Positions 1 to 12,538 are shown, counted from the first letter of the stretch. The stretch is 64,000 nt of DNA from Blastocladiella emersonii ATCC 22665 (GCA_025594325.1 JANHCV010000001.1:992001-1056000); one strand, 5' to 3'. The notes: generated by a model from the sequence alone, not told the origin. Made by a program: numbers and translations.

Positions 1-2220
1 GGCGGAGGGGACAGCGTGGGTGCTGCCTACCATGCGGGGCGCGACGACGGGCGCCGATACGGATACGACGGGGCGGCGGGTGACGTACCCGACCGCCGCC
101 GGCGCACCCGCGGCCGTCGCGGCCGCCGCCATGGCGGGGGCCACGGGCAAGGACGACGACGCGAGCGGGGCGGCCGAGCCGCCGCGCGTAAACGAGAGGG
201 CGGGCGTCGGGTGAGGCGAGCGTCGCGAAACCGACGAGGGCGAGGCCGACGCCGAGAAGGCCGTGGCTGGTCCTCCTCGCGGCGCCGCGGTCGCGGCAGC
301 CGGGGTGGCGGAGCTGCGGCACCAGGAACGGTGGCCGCGCTGCCACGACTCGGCCTGGCACTCGTTGGAGCAGTACCGGGCGATGCGGCACCGCGAGCAC
401 CGGTGGAACGCGTTGGCCGACGGCTCGGTGCGGTGGCAGCCCATGTTGGCGCACACGAACCGCTCGGTCGCCGACGCCGCGGCCGCGTTGGCCGGCGTGA
501 TCGTGTGGTGGTGGACATGGTGGTGATGGTGACCGTGCTCGGGATGAACCTGCGCCGCGGACATGGGGCAGGCCGAAGCGGCCGCATCCCAAGTTCGGGC
601 GGGCTCGGCGGTAGTAGTAGTGGTTGTAGTGGTGGTCGGGCACCAAGTTCGGGGCTGCGCGTTGGTCTGCCAGGAGCGCTTCTCGGCGGCCGGGGCCACG
701 GTAGCCGCGGCCTGGCCCATGATGGCGATAGCGAGCTCGCGGATGGGCGACGGCGGGGCGCGCGTGAGGGGCTCGACGAGCGCGTACGCGCAGGCGCCCG
801 CGGCGTCGGCGGGCTGGCGGAGGTAGGTGCGGACCGTGGGGTGCTCGCCGAGCGCGTAGATGATCTGGAGCGCGAGCGCCGCGTCCTGCGGGCGGATGGC
901 GGCGCCGAGGGCCGGGAGACGCTGCTGCGACTGCTGCTGCTGAACCTGCTGCGGCTGGGCGGGAGCCGGGGTAGCGACGACCGGAGCGACGGCACCGGCC
1001 GCCGCGCCCGAAATTGGACCGTGGGCCGGTAGGTCGAGGAGCATCGGGGCGGGTAGGCCGAGAGGTCGCGGAATTCGCAGCGACAGGTCGCCCGTGACCA
1101 GGGCGTTGCCCGCGGGGACCGCGGCGGCGGCCGAGGCGGCGCCGACCGCGGTGACGTCCATGACCGAGGCCGTGTGCATGCCGGCGCCGGCCGAGTGGGT
1201 GGCCGAGCCGGGGACGCGCGCCGTGACCTCGATCGAGCCGGGAGCGGCGGTACCGGCGGCCGCACCGGCCAGGGCCTCGTACAGGCTGTGGTGGTGGTGG
1301 TTGTGGTGGTGCTCGCCCGCGGCGGCCGCAGCAGCGGCTCCGGCCGAGCCAGGAGCTCGCAGCGACGCGGCAGCGAGGTGGGTCGCCTTGACCGAGTGGG
1401 GGGCGGGGACGGTGGCCGCCACCGAATTGGCGTTGTTGACACCATTACCATTGCGATTAACGCCAATGGCGGCGGCCACGTCGCCCGCCGTGGCGGTGCG
1501 CGAGACCTTGGCGAGGGGCGCCTCGGCGCGCTCGCGTTCATCTTCGTCGTCACGATCATCGTCGGTGGTATCCCCGGCGGCGAGCGAGCGGGCGCCGAGC
1601 GACGGCGTCATGGAGGCCGTGTCGGAGGCGACCGACGAGGTCGAGTCGACGCGCTTTCGTTTGGCCGAGGCGTGCAGGGCGCGCTCGATGGTGCGCAGGT
1701 AGCCGCGCAGGACGGCGACCGAGATGCCGACGGCGCCGCGGCGCGCGCACTCGCCGCGCACCCGCGAGTCGCCGCGGACGACCATGGTGGCGAGCGTCTG
1801 GAGCGCCGCGAGCCACAGGGTCGGCTCGAGCGCGGCCGAGTCACCCGTGGCTGTGGCCGAGGCGGGATCAGCCATGCCGAGCGCAGCGAGCGCGGCCGCG
1901 AGGGCCGAGGTGGCGGCGGCCGCACCGGCGGCGGGCGAGGGCGCGCCGGGCATGTAGAGGCGCAGGATCTCGACGGCGCGGTCGACGACGCCGTCGCAGG
2001 CGAGGTGCAGCAGCTGGGCCTGCGACGCGCCGCGCACCGTGTGGGCGAGGGCGAGGAAGGTGGCGAGCAGCGGGCGCACGGCGGTGGCGGCGAGCGCGCG
2101 GCGGTCGTAGCCGGCGGGGTTGGCGGCGGCGGCGGGCCCGTGGGCGGCGGCAGCGGCCGGGGTGGCGAGGGCGTGGACGGCCTTGCCCGAGAAGATGTTA
2201 CGATCGTTGTCGCGGCGCAT
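1..2220 (-). CDS. samB: MYND-type zinc-finger protein, SamB/Mub1 family (3' end runs off the window; absent from the ORF track)
   Basis: The frame from ATG 2220 was open in every segment I translated down to base 1. N-terminal YDRRALAATAVRPLL...LACDGVVDRAVEIL resembles the SamB YDRRALD...DGG(I/L)ERL box, and QDAALALQIIYALGEH is present. MYND finger CANMGC...FHRCSRCRIARYCSNECQAESWQRGHRSWC at ~330-450. Confidence 0.8.
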   Translation of the reverse strand, partial: MRRDNDRNIFSGKAVHALATPAAAAAHGPAAAANPAGYDRRALAATAVRPLLATFLALAHTVRGASQAQLLHLACDGVVDRAVEILRLYMPGAPSPAAGAAAATSALAAALAALGMADPASATATGDSAALEPTLWLAALQTLATMVVRGDSRVRGECARRGAVGISVAVLRGYLRTIERALHASAKRKRVDSTSSVASDTASMTPSLGARSLAAGDTTDDDRDDEDERERAEAPLAKVSRTATAGDVAAAIGVNRNGNGVNNANSVAATVPAPHSVKATHLAAASLRAPGSAGAAAAAAAGEHHHNHHHHSLYEALAGAAAGTAAPGSIEVTARVPGSATHSAGAGMHTASVMDVTAVGAASAAAAVPAGNALVTGDLSLRIPRPLGLPAPMLLDLPAHGPISGAAAGAVAPVVATPAPAQPQQVQQQQSQQRLPALGAAIRPQDAALALQIIYALGEHPTVRTYLRQPADAAGACAYALVEPLTRAPPSPIRELAIAIMGQAAATVAPAAEKRSWQTNAQPRTWCPTTTTTTTTTAEPARTWDAAASACPMSAAQVHPEHGHHHHHVHHHTITPANAAAASATERFVCANMGCHRTEPSANAFHRCSRCRIARYCSNECQAESWQRGHRSWCRSSATPAAATAAPRGGPATAFSASASPSSVSRRSPHPTPALSFTRGGSAAPLASSSLPVAPAMAAAATAAGAPAAVGYVTRRPVVSVSAPVVAPRMVGSTHAVPSA

Positions 2221-3004
2221 GGTTGGTGATGGGGCGGGGGTGGGGTGCGGTAGGGCGGGATGGGGTCGGCGAGGGTCCCGGAGCAGAGTGCAGCAAGTGG
2301 CGATGACGGCGTGCGGGGACGGGGCGTGATACTACTTGACGAGGGGGGAGGTGTGGGTCGGCGAGCGTCAGCCTATTTTGCGACCCCGTCGTTCGCCGTG
2401 TGGCTGCACCGCCGATTGGTGTGACGCGGTGACTCCGCTCGACTCGGCTCGGCGGATCTCCCGCCGAGTCACCGCGCACGCGCCGGCCCGCGTCTCAGCC
2501 CTCCCTGCTTCCAACTCACCCTCCGCGATGACGCAGTCGTTCACCGTACCTGACTGTGTAAGCGATCGACGTGGATGTGGCCTGGGCTGGGCGTCCGTTG
2601 ACGCGGACGAGCGCGCGGGCCTGTGGCCTTCTTAACCATCGCTGCGATGGACGCGGTGATGGGCCCTGAAACGGCAGCGAGCGACCCAGTCACGCCCGCG
2701 CCCGCGCCCAGCGTTAACGTCATCGTCAGGGTCACGGTGCTTCCCCGCACGCCCGCCTTGTTGTCTTCGTGGCGCGCACCAGCCGGGGCCGTGGATCAGC
2801 GTGGTGGCCAGGGACGCGCGACGCGTCGCCGCGCAGCGCGACTCACCGCGCCACGTGGTGCGCGGCCGTGTCGCCATCGCGTCTCAGGATGGCGGCCGCC
2901 TGACTGCCGCTGCATGACTGCTGCACGATCATGCGGACGGAGCTTGGAACAAGGCACGCGCGCATTTATTGATTGGTCGACGCGTCGCATCGTCACATCG
3001 CGTC

Positions 3005-6000
3005 TCACCGGTGCGGGGGAGGCGGCGCGCGGAACACGACGCCATACGCCGCCAGCTCGCTGACCAGCTGCGCGAACTCGCGCCGCGCCGCGAGCAGCGC
3101 GTCGTACTCGGCCAGCCACGCCTCCTTGCGCTCCAGCTCCGTCATGATCGACCGGTGCAGCAGGCCGTGGGCGCCGTATGCTTTCGACTCGGCTGATGGT
3201 CGCGGTGAGGTAGTCGCCCGTCGCTTGGGCGATGGCTCCTCGCCCTCCTCGGCCGAACGCTTGCGGCCCTTGCCCGGCGATGGCGGGTGACTTGGCTCTG
3301 GTGGGGATGGGCTAGGCGACGGTGCACGAGCGGGTTGCTCCACGGGCGGTGATGCGGCGACCGGCTCAACGCTTGGTGATGGTGAGCGAGCGGGCTCGGC
3401 CGTGAGCGGGGTCGCGGGGACAGGTGGCGGCGGAGTAGATGTGGGCGATGGCGGTGCTGGCTCGACGATGGGCTGCGACTGCGCCTGCGACTGTTTCTCC
3501 ACCTCCGACAGCTCGACCTGCGGTTGCGGCGACGGGGAGGCGGACGCCTGCTTCGGCGGAGATGCGAGCGCCTGCGGCGCCGACAACGAGCCGAGACTAG
3601 GCGATGGTGGCTCGACCGTGTCCTCGGCCGCTACACCACGCGAGCTCGGACCCGCACCGTCGCCGTCACCGCCGCCCATCGGTACCCGCGAAAGGATCAC
3701 AGGCGACCCCACCACCTCCGCCTCCCACACCGAGATCCCGACGGGCGGCGAGCGGCTGAACACCTTGCTGGGCGACAGCGGTGCGGCGGGCGAGATCGGG
3801 AACAGCATCTGGGACACGAGCATGGGCGACTCGATGAGCGGTGGCGGGAGCAGCGGCGGCGTCGCGCACGCGGACGACGAAAAGGTCGCAGTCGTCGACG
3901 ACGGCCGGTCGCGCGCCCGCACGAGCCCCGCCGGCGGAGTGCTGCACTGCGCCCCGATCACGGACGCGGTCGCTGTCGAGGCCGCGAGTGACGGGTCCGC
4001 GTGACCGAGGCTCGCGCGCAGCGAGCTGGGCGAGTCGGGCGAGTCGGGAGGTGGCAGCGGGTCGGCGGCCGGCGTTGGTGCGAACAGGTCGAGGGACTGG
4101 ACCAGCGCCATGTGCTGATCCACGTCCATCGCCTCCTCCTCGTCGTCCGACGACGAGAGCAGCTGCGAGTCAATCGTCCCACCACCGCCGCCGCACGCGA
4201 TGCTGAGCGGACTTTCGAGCGTCGCCTCGGACTCGGACTCGGAATCGCTGCTGCCGTTCACCACAGACCCAGACACGTGCACGACCTGCGCGGCACGCGC
4301 CGGCGAGGGCGACGGCGATCGCGACCACATCTCATCATCGTCGCCCGTGAGCGGGAGGAGCGGCGACGACGGTCCATCGTCGCGGGGCGGCGAGCGCGGA
4401 ACGTCGGCAAGCGGGCGCGAGCTCTCGTCGCTGCTCGACCCGCCGCAACCCCCGTCGACGCGCGGCTGCAGGTGTATCACCCTGCTCGGGCTCGATCCCG
4501 GCCCGCCGGGCGCGTCCGACGAGTTGTTGGGCGACAAGATCCACGCGACGCTGACGGGCCGCCGCGCGCGGAGCCCGACGAGCTCGATGTCGCTCCCGTC
4601 ATCGTCGTCGTCGCTGGCATCGGCGGGCGCACGCGCGGGAAACCGCGGTGGTGCAGCGGGAGCGGACGCGCGCGCGATATCGTCGTGCGAGCCGGCGGCA
4701 GCCAGCTGCGACGACAGCTCGGCGGCCGACGCGGACCCGTTGCTTAGCGGCAGGATCTCCTCGTCGTCAGTGTCCGAGACGTCCTCGCGCGGCTGCCCGT
4801 GGCCGAGCGCCGAGAGCCGCGTCGCGCGGTGTGGCGGGGGCGACACGCGCTGCGACGTCGGGACGCTCGGCGGGGTAGGCGAGACGGTCGCTGAGGAGGA
4901 TGACGGCAGCGGGTGCTGCGAGAGCCGCGGCGGGGTCGGGATGACGTGGAGGGGTTTGCGCAGGTTCGTCACGGGTGGCGGGACGGCCGGGCTGCGTGGC
5001 AGCGGCATCGCGGGAGGAGCAGCGGGCGCGGTTGCGGAAGGTTTTGCGACGAGTGGCGAATGTGGCAGCGGAGGTGGCGAGGTGAGCGTCGCGGGCTCGG
5101 ACGGGACGAGGTGCGCGCTCGCCCACCGCGCGCCGAACGCGTCGAGGATGAAGGACGGGTCCTACACGCGCCGTGCGTCCGACCACCGAGAGTTAACGAC
5201 CCGACGAGCGAGGTCCCTTCTACGAGTACACGTACGAATTTCTGCAGCGGGAGCGGCAACGGAACCGGCGGCGTGCGCTCGGCCTCGGCATACGCGTCGA
5301 GCGCCACGACAAAGTCGGCGACCGAGACGAACCCGATACTCAGCATCGACCGTGGCGGGACGAGGACGTCGAGCATGGACGCGTTGCGGACGCGGTGGGC
5401 AAAGTTGAAGTAGGCGGCCACGTCGCCGGGTGCGAGCACCGTCATGGACGGCTGCGCGGACATGGCCTCGATGAGCGGCACGTTGATGACGGCGGCCGCC
5501 GTGGTCGCGCGCGCCGACGACGTCAGCGCCGGCGGGGCCTCGTCCTCCTCCTCCTGCACCGCCGCCCACACGATCTCGAACGGGACCAGCACCGTGCGCG
5601 CGTCCGCGTCAAACAGCGCGACCACGCTGGTCTGCGTCGGCGACGCGTCGAGCGCGTACTGCACGAACTTGGGCGCCGGCTGCGGGACCGGAGGGTGCAT
5701 GATGAGCGACGCGGGCGCCCGCGCGCCGCCAGTCCCTCGTGCTGTGGCGGACGGCGACGCGTCGTTGTCGCCGTTGACTGCGGGCTGCACGGCGAACGCC
5801 GACGCGGGCGGGCCGGGGAGCAGGCTCACGCGCGCGACGAGGTCGGCCTCGGTGAGTTCCGGCGGCGCCCAGCGCATCGACTTGCGCCGGGGGCCCGCAG
5901 CCGTGTTGGCGCCATCATCCTCGTCGTCGTCGTCGGTGCTGGCGAAACTGCCACGGACACCCGAGGGCCGGAGGCCGGGACCGAGCTCCGCGACACCGTC

Positions 6001-6258
6001 GCGTGTGGGCGACGCGACCGTGGACAACGACGACGACGACGATGCGCTCAGAGACCGGCGCGGCCGGGACCCGCGGTCCGTGTAGTCCGACCGCCCGCTC
6101 CTGAGCCGTGTCAGAGCGCTCGGCGATGAGGCGGACGCGGGGACCGGCTGGGAGAAGGACGCCGGCACGACGGCGTGATGGTGGTCATGGTCGCTGCCGA
6201 GGGCAGTGCTGCCGAACGTCGGCTGCGACGCGGGAATGCGTCTTGACGCGAGATGCAT
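3005..6258 (-). CDS. Hypothetical Pro/Ser-rich protein, 2 exons, short C-terminal coiled coil
   Basis: ORFs 4969..6258 and 3005..5008 join through a GTACGT...GTGTAG intron (~5234-5162), reading QKF|DPSFILDAF. No recognisable domain. Confidence 0.55.
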
Positions 6259-6527
6259 GGAGTAGGGGTGTTCAGCTGGTCGAGTGCGTGCGCATGCGAA
6301 GAGCGGGTCAGCGATGAGGGAGAGAGAGGAAGCGGACAGCGGACAGGAGAGTTGTGCTCAGGCTCGGCTGAGGAGTCATTTCCAAGTGCTGCTACGACGC
6401 GGTGGCCGGCCGACTCGGATCGAGGGAGGAGCATGGGGAAGAAAGTACATTCTGTGACACAAAATTGAGATCATGGTGGGGGGAATCTATACGAGCACGT
6501 CCGTCCGTCCTTCACGCAGCGCGGCCA

Positions 6528-8630
6528 TCAGCGGCCGCCCTGGTAGTAGCCGCCGCCGTTACCGCCGCCGCCCGACTGCGCCTGGTAGTAACCACCGCCG
6601 CCGTTGGGCTTCTCGGGCTGGCCGTAGTACCCGGCCTGCGGCTGCTGCGGCTGCTGCTGGTAGTACCCGCCGCCGCCGCTCACGCTGCTGCCGCCGTACG
6701 CGTCCGAGTACCCCGTGTACTGGGGCTGGACGTACGGCGACGGCGCCTGCTGCTGCTGCTGGTAGTAGCTGGCGCCCGTGTACTGCGGCTGGATCGGGCC
6801 GGGCGCGCCGCCGTAACCGCCGCCCGTGTACTGGGTCTGGATGTTGCCGCCGCCGTACACGCCGCCGGTGCCACCAGCCGCGGACGAAGTGCCCGTGGTG
6901 TGGGCGTAGACGATGGTGGAGCCGGTGCCCGCGGCCGCGGCGGCCGCCGCGGCCTGCTGAACCGAAGTCGACTTCTTTCCGGGTCCCGCGTTCTCGTACT
7001 CGACGCGGGTGTGGTAGTCGGCGGCGGCCTGCTTGGCGATACGCTTCTCCTCCTTGCGTGCGGTCATGCGGCTGCGGAAGGTGGCGATGCCCGAGAAGAG
7101 CATGGCGAGGGCGAACGCGGCGCCGCCGCCGATGGCGACCCAGGTCCACACGGAGAGGCCGAGCGGGCCGCGCACCTCGGTGTCGACCTTGGGCGCGTAC
7201 GAGTCGACCCAGGTGAAGTTGAGGCCGTTGTTGTTGATCTCCTCGACCTTGAGGATGCGCAGGTACTTGCTGCCGACCTTGGCCGTGTCCACGTCCTTGG
7301 CCTCGCGGATCAGGCCGCCGACGAGGAAGATGTGGTCGTCGTGCATGAAGGCGGTGGGCGCGAAGATGGCGGTCGGGCCCTTGTCCTTGTTGCTGATGGG
7401 CGAGGCGGCGGGCCACGCGTTGCTGGCCGTGTCGTACCACTCGATGAGCTCGCCCTCGTTGGCCTTCTTGGACGCCTCGGTGCCGCCGAGGTGGATCACG
7501 TACCGGTTCTTGAACAGGAACGTCTGGAACAGCTGGCGGAACGACAGCATCTCCTTGGCGTCGGACCGGCGGCCCGTGGCGATCTCGACGTAGTGGCGCG
7601 TCTTGATACGTGCGGCCGCCGAGATGGCGTCGACGGTCCCGACGCCGCCGGCCCAGAACATGTGGGTGGCGTTGAACGGGATGAAGCTGCTGCCGAGTGC
7701 GGGCGGGAGCAGCGTGTCGCGGGCGGGGCGCACGCCCTCGTTGGTGAAGGGGAACACGCTCGACGTCAGCGTCGACCCGTCGGCCGTGTCGAGCCCGCCC
7801 GAAATGAGCATGAACTGGCCCTCGCTGCCGGGCGTGCACGTTGCGTGGAACCACGGCACCACGGCGGGCGACTTTTCCTGCTGCCACTTGTTGCCGTTGA
7901 GCGGCTCGTAGACGAACCAGGGAGGAGACAGCTGGTCCTTGGTCGACTCAAACTGCCCGCCCGCAATGTAGATGGCGTTGGACTTGACCACGGCGCACCC
8001 GTTGCCGAACCCCGTCGACATGTCGGGCAGCGCCACGGCGTTGAGGTCCATGGCCGACACCTTGCCGGCGAGGTCCATGGCAAACACCTTCTTGCGCGCG
8101 CCCGTGTTCGCGACGGCTACACGCACGAGGCGCAGGTGCGATGCGTCAGTGTGAGTGGCCTAGTCGTGGATCGCCTTCCACGAGCCAAGCCACCACCCGC
8201 CAAGCGCCAGCGCCAGCTGCACGGGTCGCAGCTTGTGGCGCCAGCGAGGGACGGTGCGGAAGCGAACAAGCAGCGACGTACGGTTGTCCATGCCGCCGAT
8301 AATGTACATGGTCTTGTTGACCATGGCCAGCGTGGCGTAGGGGATCCCGACGGCGGGCGGCAGGTTTTTGAGATCGCCGCCGCTGAGCTTGTCGGTGGCC
8401 TCGGCCACGTCCACGTCGGTGCCGTTCTTGCGCGGCTTGGGCGCATCGGTGTTGTCGTCGACGGCGGGCTTGGGCGACGCGTTGGCCGTACCGTTGCCTG
8501 CGGGCGCCGCCGGTGCTGGCGAGTTGCCGCCCTGCGCCTGCACAGGGGACGCGGCGAGCGCCAGGAGCGCCACAGCGACGGCGAGGGCGCCGACGACGAG
8601 GAGGCGCGAGCGCGGGCGCTTGGTCGTCAT
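6528..8630 (-). CDS. Type I membrane protein: signal peptide, kelch/galactose-oxidase-like beta-propeller, one TM helix, G/Y/Q-rich cytoplasmic tail
   Basis: ATG 8630 MTTKRPRSRLLVVGALAVAVALLALAASPVQA (signal peptide). Intron GTACGT(8282)...GTGTAG(~8117). Kelch GG motifs MYIIGGMD, IYIAGG, MLISGGLD, MFWAGG, IHLGG, IFLVGG. TM VWTWVAIGGGAAFALAMLFSGIATF. Confidence 0.75.
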
Positions 8631-9063
8631 GTAGTAGAAGAAGGGGGAGAAAGCGAAATCTATGGCCGGAGGCGAGCTCACGGGCCGTCTAGGGAGGGCG
8701 GGCTGGGGCGGGGAGGGAGGGCGCCGACGTCCGCCGAGGCAAGGGCGGAGCGGGTCGAAGGGGCGGGTAGGGTCACAGTGCGCCGAGTCCCACAGCTGCT
8801 CGCGTCGTGTCTGCGTTGCGTAGCGTTGCGTTGCGTGCCGAGAGCGTGGACGTCGGCGGAGCGGAGTTGGGCAAAGTCGGTGGCCAGGCCCGTTTCGAAA
8901 CCAGGGTGTGGCGCCGTGGCGCCGGCGTGTGGCGCTGCTGCGGCACGCGACCTGCCGGACCGCGCTGGAGTCGCGATCAGGGGTAGCGACGCGTTGGACG
9001 CGTCCAATCCAAGTCCCAAGGCCGCACCGCTCGCGCTCCCTCCACCGCGACCGCTCAACCACC

Positions 9064-10352
9064 ATGACAGAGACTCAGCTTCCCCGCGGCGAGTGGCTGG
9101 CAACGCTCCCCGGCTTCCCAGAGCGGTATGGCCCGCCCTCGCTGGTCATCGTGACCCTCCTGCGTGCGCTCGGGTGGGACCGCGATCGCGGGGAGGACAC
9201 CCTCAAGGCGGCGCATGCCCGTTTGTCTGCGCTCTGGCGCTACCTCGGCGAGCACCGGTCGGACGCTGTGCAGTCCGCGTCCACGCTGCCCGCAGGCGAG
9301 AGCGTTCGGCGGACACTGCAGGAGCTGTTCGTCTCGTCCTCGACCAAGTTCCTCGCCGACAAGGACATGCCCGAGGGAGCGCTCGATTTCTACTCGGCCT
9401 TTGTCCCGTCGGGCGCCGCCGACGATCCGCACGGCTACGCCATCCTGACCCCGGCCGGGTCGCAACTGCTCCTCGACCCCAACGTCGCCGTCGACCGCGT
9501 CTTTGACTTTCTGCGCGGCTACCGCCTGTTCGCCGTGCACATCCGCGACGACAACGGCCACCACGCGTCTGCCGTGGTCCATCGCGCGCAGGACGGCGCC
9601 ACGACTGTGTACTGGACCGACTCGCTCACGAGCGGGTACGACGCGCGGTACGAGCGGTTCCAGGTGAACTTCACGCGGTGCGCCAAGGCGCTGTGGGGAG
9701 CGGAGGCCGCCGTGGCCTTTCGCGACGAGATCCGCTACGACCAGCACGCGTCGCACAGCTCTATGTTCTACGCGGTCATTGGCGCCGAGGGCTATCTCGG
9801 CCAGTGTCTCGAGCAGCTCGGCGCGAGCGACGAGTTTGTCCGCGCCCGACTGCCCATGTTCGGCCTCAGCGCGGTTGCCGGGTACACTGGGCTCGATGAC
9901 CCGCTCGCGATCCGCCACGAGTTCTTTAACACGCTCTTCGTACGACACCCATTGTCCAGCCGACATACTGGCGGCGATCCGCTAAACCAGCTCCGTTCGT
10001 GTAGCGCACCATCAGCGCTCGCGTCACCGACGGCCGCCCGCCCGCCTCCCACCAGCACCGGCGCGCGCTGCACCGCTACATCGAGGCCGGCCGCGAGCCG
10101 CGCATCGCGTCGTTCTTTGACGGCGGCGCGCTGACCGTCGTGTACGGCCACACCAAGATCGGCGCCGTCGGCGCGTTCGAGTGCGAGCGAGCCGTCTTCG
10201 ACGAGCAGGGCGAGTTCCAGGGCTGGGGCGTCGAGCTTTGGCCGTTCGACCGCATCCCGGGTCACGTCAGCGACGCGGCGCGGCTCGACGCGTTCCGCCG
10301 CTTCGCCGCGCTGAACCCCAAGAAGCCCGTGCCGTCGTGGTTGCGCGAGTAG
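9064..10352 (+). CDS. Hypothetical protein, 2 exons, possible Ulp1/C48-like fold lacking the catalytic Cys
   Basis: ATG 9064. Intron GTACGA(9940)...GTGTAG(10004) puts exon 2 in frame with ORF 10140..10352. Motif order NGHHASAVV...VYWTDSL...QHASHSSMFY. Confidence 0.55.
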
Positions 10353-10483
10353 CTTTCCTCGTCGTCTTGTTGATTTGCTGTCAATTGATGTTTTCGTTGC
10401 CCACCTCATTGTGATGGATCGAGCGGGAGGGAGGGGTAATGCATGATTCTACTGCAGCTGGGAGCAAAACTATCACGACACGC

Positions 10484-12268
10484 TCACAAGATCTCGAGGT
10501 CGCAGTGCTTGACCTCGGGCACCGTCTTCTTGATCCGGATCTCGAGCCGGTCGACCTCTTCCGCGAGCTGGTCGACGACGCGCTCGCCGTGGGCGCGGAG
10601 GTACGCGTCGAGCTCGTCTTTCGACGCGATAGCGCGGACCGCGTCGAGCTCGCGGTCGAGGTCGAGTTCCCGGATCGCGCGCGACGCCACGAGCTGCCCG
10701 TCGAACTGCACCTCGGCCTTGAACCGCGCGCCGTCGATCCCGATCGCCGTCGACTTGACGTCGTGCACGCTCTTGACCACGGGGTCCGACAGCAGCGTCG
10801 TGATCACCAGGGTCTCGCGGTGCGGCGCCATGGACGTCTCGACCAGCATCGACATGTTGCGCCGGATCAGGAAGATGGCCGTGGTCCCGAGGATCGCGCC
10901 GATGCTGATGGACCCGATCGCGTCGTACATCGGGTTGCCCGTGTAGTAGCTCATGCCGAGGCAGGCTGACGCGACGCCGACGCCCGAGATGGCGGCTGCG
11001 TCCTCGAGCAGAATCTACGTTCGCGCAATGGTGTCAGTTGTGTGGATCAACCGCGCAAGGATCCGGTGTACCTGGACCGCAGTCGGATCAGCGCCCTTCT
11101 TGACTACATGCCCAAAATACCGAAGTCAGTTGTCACCGATGAACTTCCTCCTTCGCCATAAACGCGTACCATACTCGAGCACCGACATACCCGCCTCGCC
11201 CGCAGCCTTGCGCACCTGGCGGTACGCGACGAGCGCGGTCCCGCCCTCGAACAGCGTGGATCCCGCCAGCACCGCGAACGCGATGTGGAGGTCCTCGGCC
11301 ATGTGTGGATCGAGCAGGCCCGAGATGCCGTGGTACATGCTCACGCCGCCGCCGAGGAAGAAGATGCCGCACCCGCTCACCAGCGACCACGCGTACCGCT
11401 CGCGCGAGAAGCCGTACGGGTGCAGCGAGTCGGGTTTCCGCGAGGCACTAAACGTACGGATCGTGTGTCAGCCGCGAGGCAATGTGGGGAGGGTGCCGAG
11501 GGAGGGCGTACCGCATGACGCCGAAGAAGAGCAGGCACTCGTTGATGAGGTCGGCGCCCGAGTGGATGCCCTCGGCGAACATGGACGGCGAGTTGGTCGA
11601 GAAGGCGGCAAAGAACTTCATGGTCATGAGGCAGAGATTGCTACACGAGTGCCGAGGATCGTGAGCATTCCGTTGTGCGGGCGATCCTGTGAATGAACGC
11701 ACCTCGCCATGGCGGTGAGCACGACGCGCGTGCTGCCTTCAAGCAGGATGCTCTGCTTCTCAACCGTGTCGACTACATGCGAGGCGCGAATTCGGTCAAA
11801 TCTCACACGCTTCGGCGGCGCAGCGCACATCTGTACCCGTCACGGCATCATGCCGATCGTGTTTCTGTTTGGACTTGAAGGCACCGAGCTCCGAATCGCG
11901 CTCTACGTCCGGATCACGGGTGAGCCGCAGGCCACCTCACCCTCGCGGAGTAGGAACACACCGAGCTCCTCAATCGGCGCGGGATGTTCTCCCTCGTGCG
12001 AGCAGCGCTTGTAGAACTCGGAGTTGGAGAAGAACGAGAAGAGCGTGCGTCGGCCGACCACGCCACTGGCCGCCGGTCCGCACGGCGATCGCGGGCGCGC
12101 AGGCACACCAAACGCAGCAGGCAGCGTCGAGTGGAGCCTCGGGCCCTGCGCTAGCGCGGCTCGGAGTTGTGGGGCGTGCGCGGTCGACCGGGCGAGCAGG
12201 GAGGCGTTCCTGGACGACGCGAGGCTCGGGTGGCCGCGGCAGCGGGAGAGGGCGCGGATCATCATCAT
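10484..12268 (-). CDS. SLC30A9: Mitochondrial cation-efflux (CDF) zinc transporter, ZnT9/SLC30A9-like, multi-exon
   Basis: Arg/Ser-rich presequence; SMFAEGIHSGADLINECLL; PDSLHPYGFSRERYAWSLVSGCGIFFLGGGVSMYHG; VLLEDAAAISG; DAIGSISIG; C-terminal SVHDVK...RFKAEVQFDG...EVDRLE...PEVKHCDLEIL typical of ZnT9. Confidence 0.85.
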
Positions 12269-12538
12269 GTTGCACGCAGTGCAGCCCGCGAGTATAGCTT
12301 CGTGGTGGGGCTGTTGCGGTTTGTGTGGGAGGGAAGCGGAAGAGGGAAGCGGGCCCGCCACTCAAACCCGGCGGCGTGGTCGATCCTCTCACGTGTGGGG
12401 GCTGGTTCCGAGTTTCTCCGGTGTCTCGCATCTCGCGTCTCACTCGACCCATAGTGCGCGCCGCGAATGGATTTTTAGATGTATGCAATGCGCTAAGGGA
12501 GTGGTGTACAGTCGGCGGGTATAGGATGACGAGGTCGA

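Noticed and set aside
27-1559. 510-aa minus-strand ORF as the gene at the window start
   Set aside because: Wrong frame. The SamB and MYND motifs are in the frame starting at 2220, which is missing from the track, apparently because no stop codon falls inside the window.
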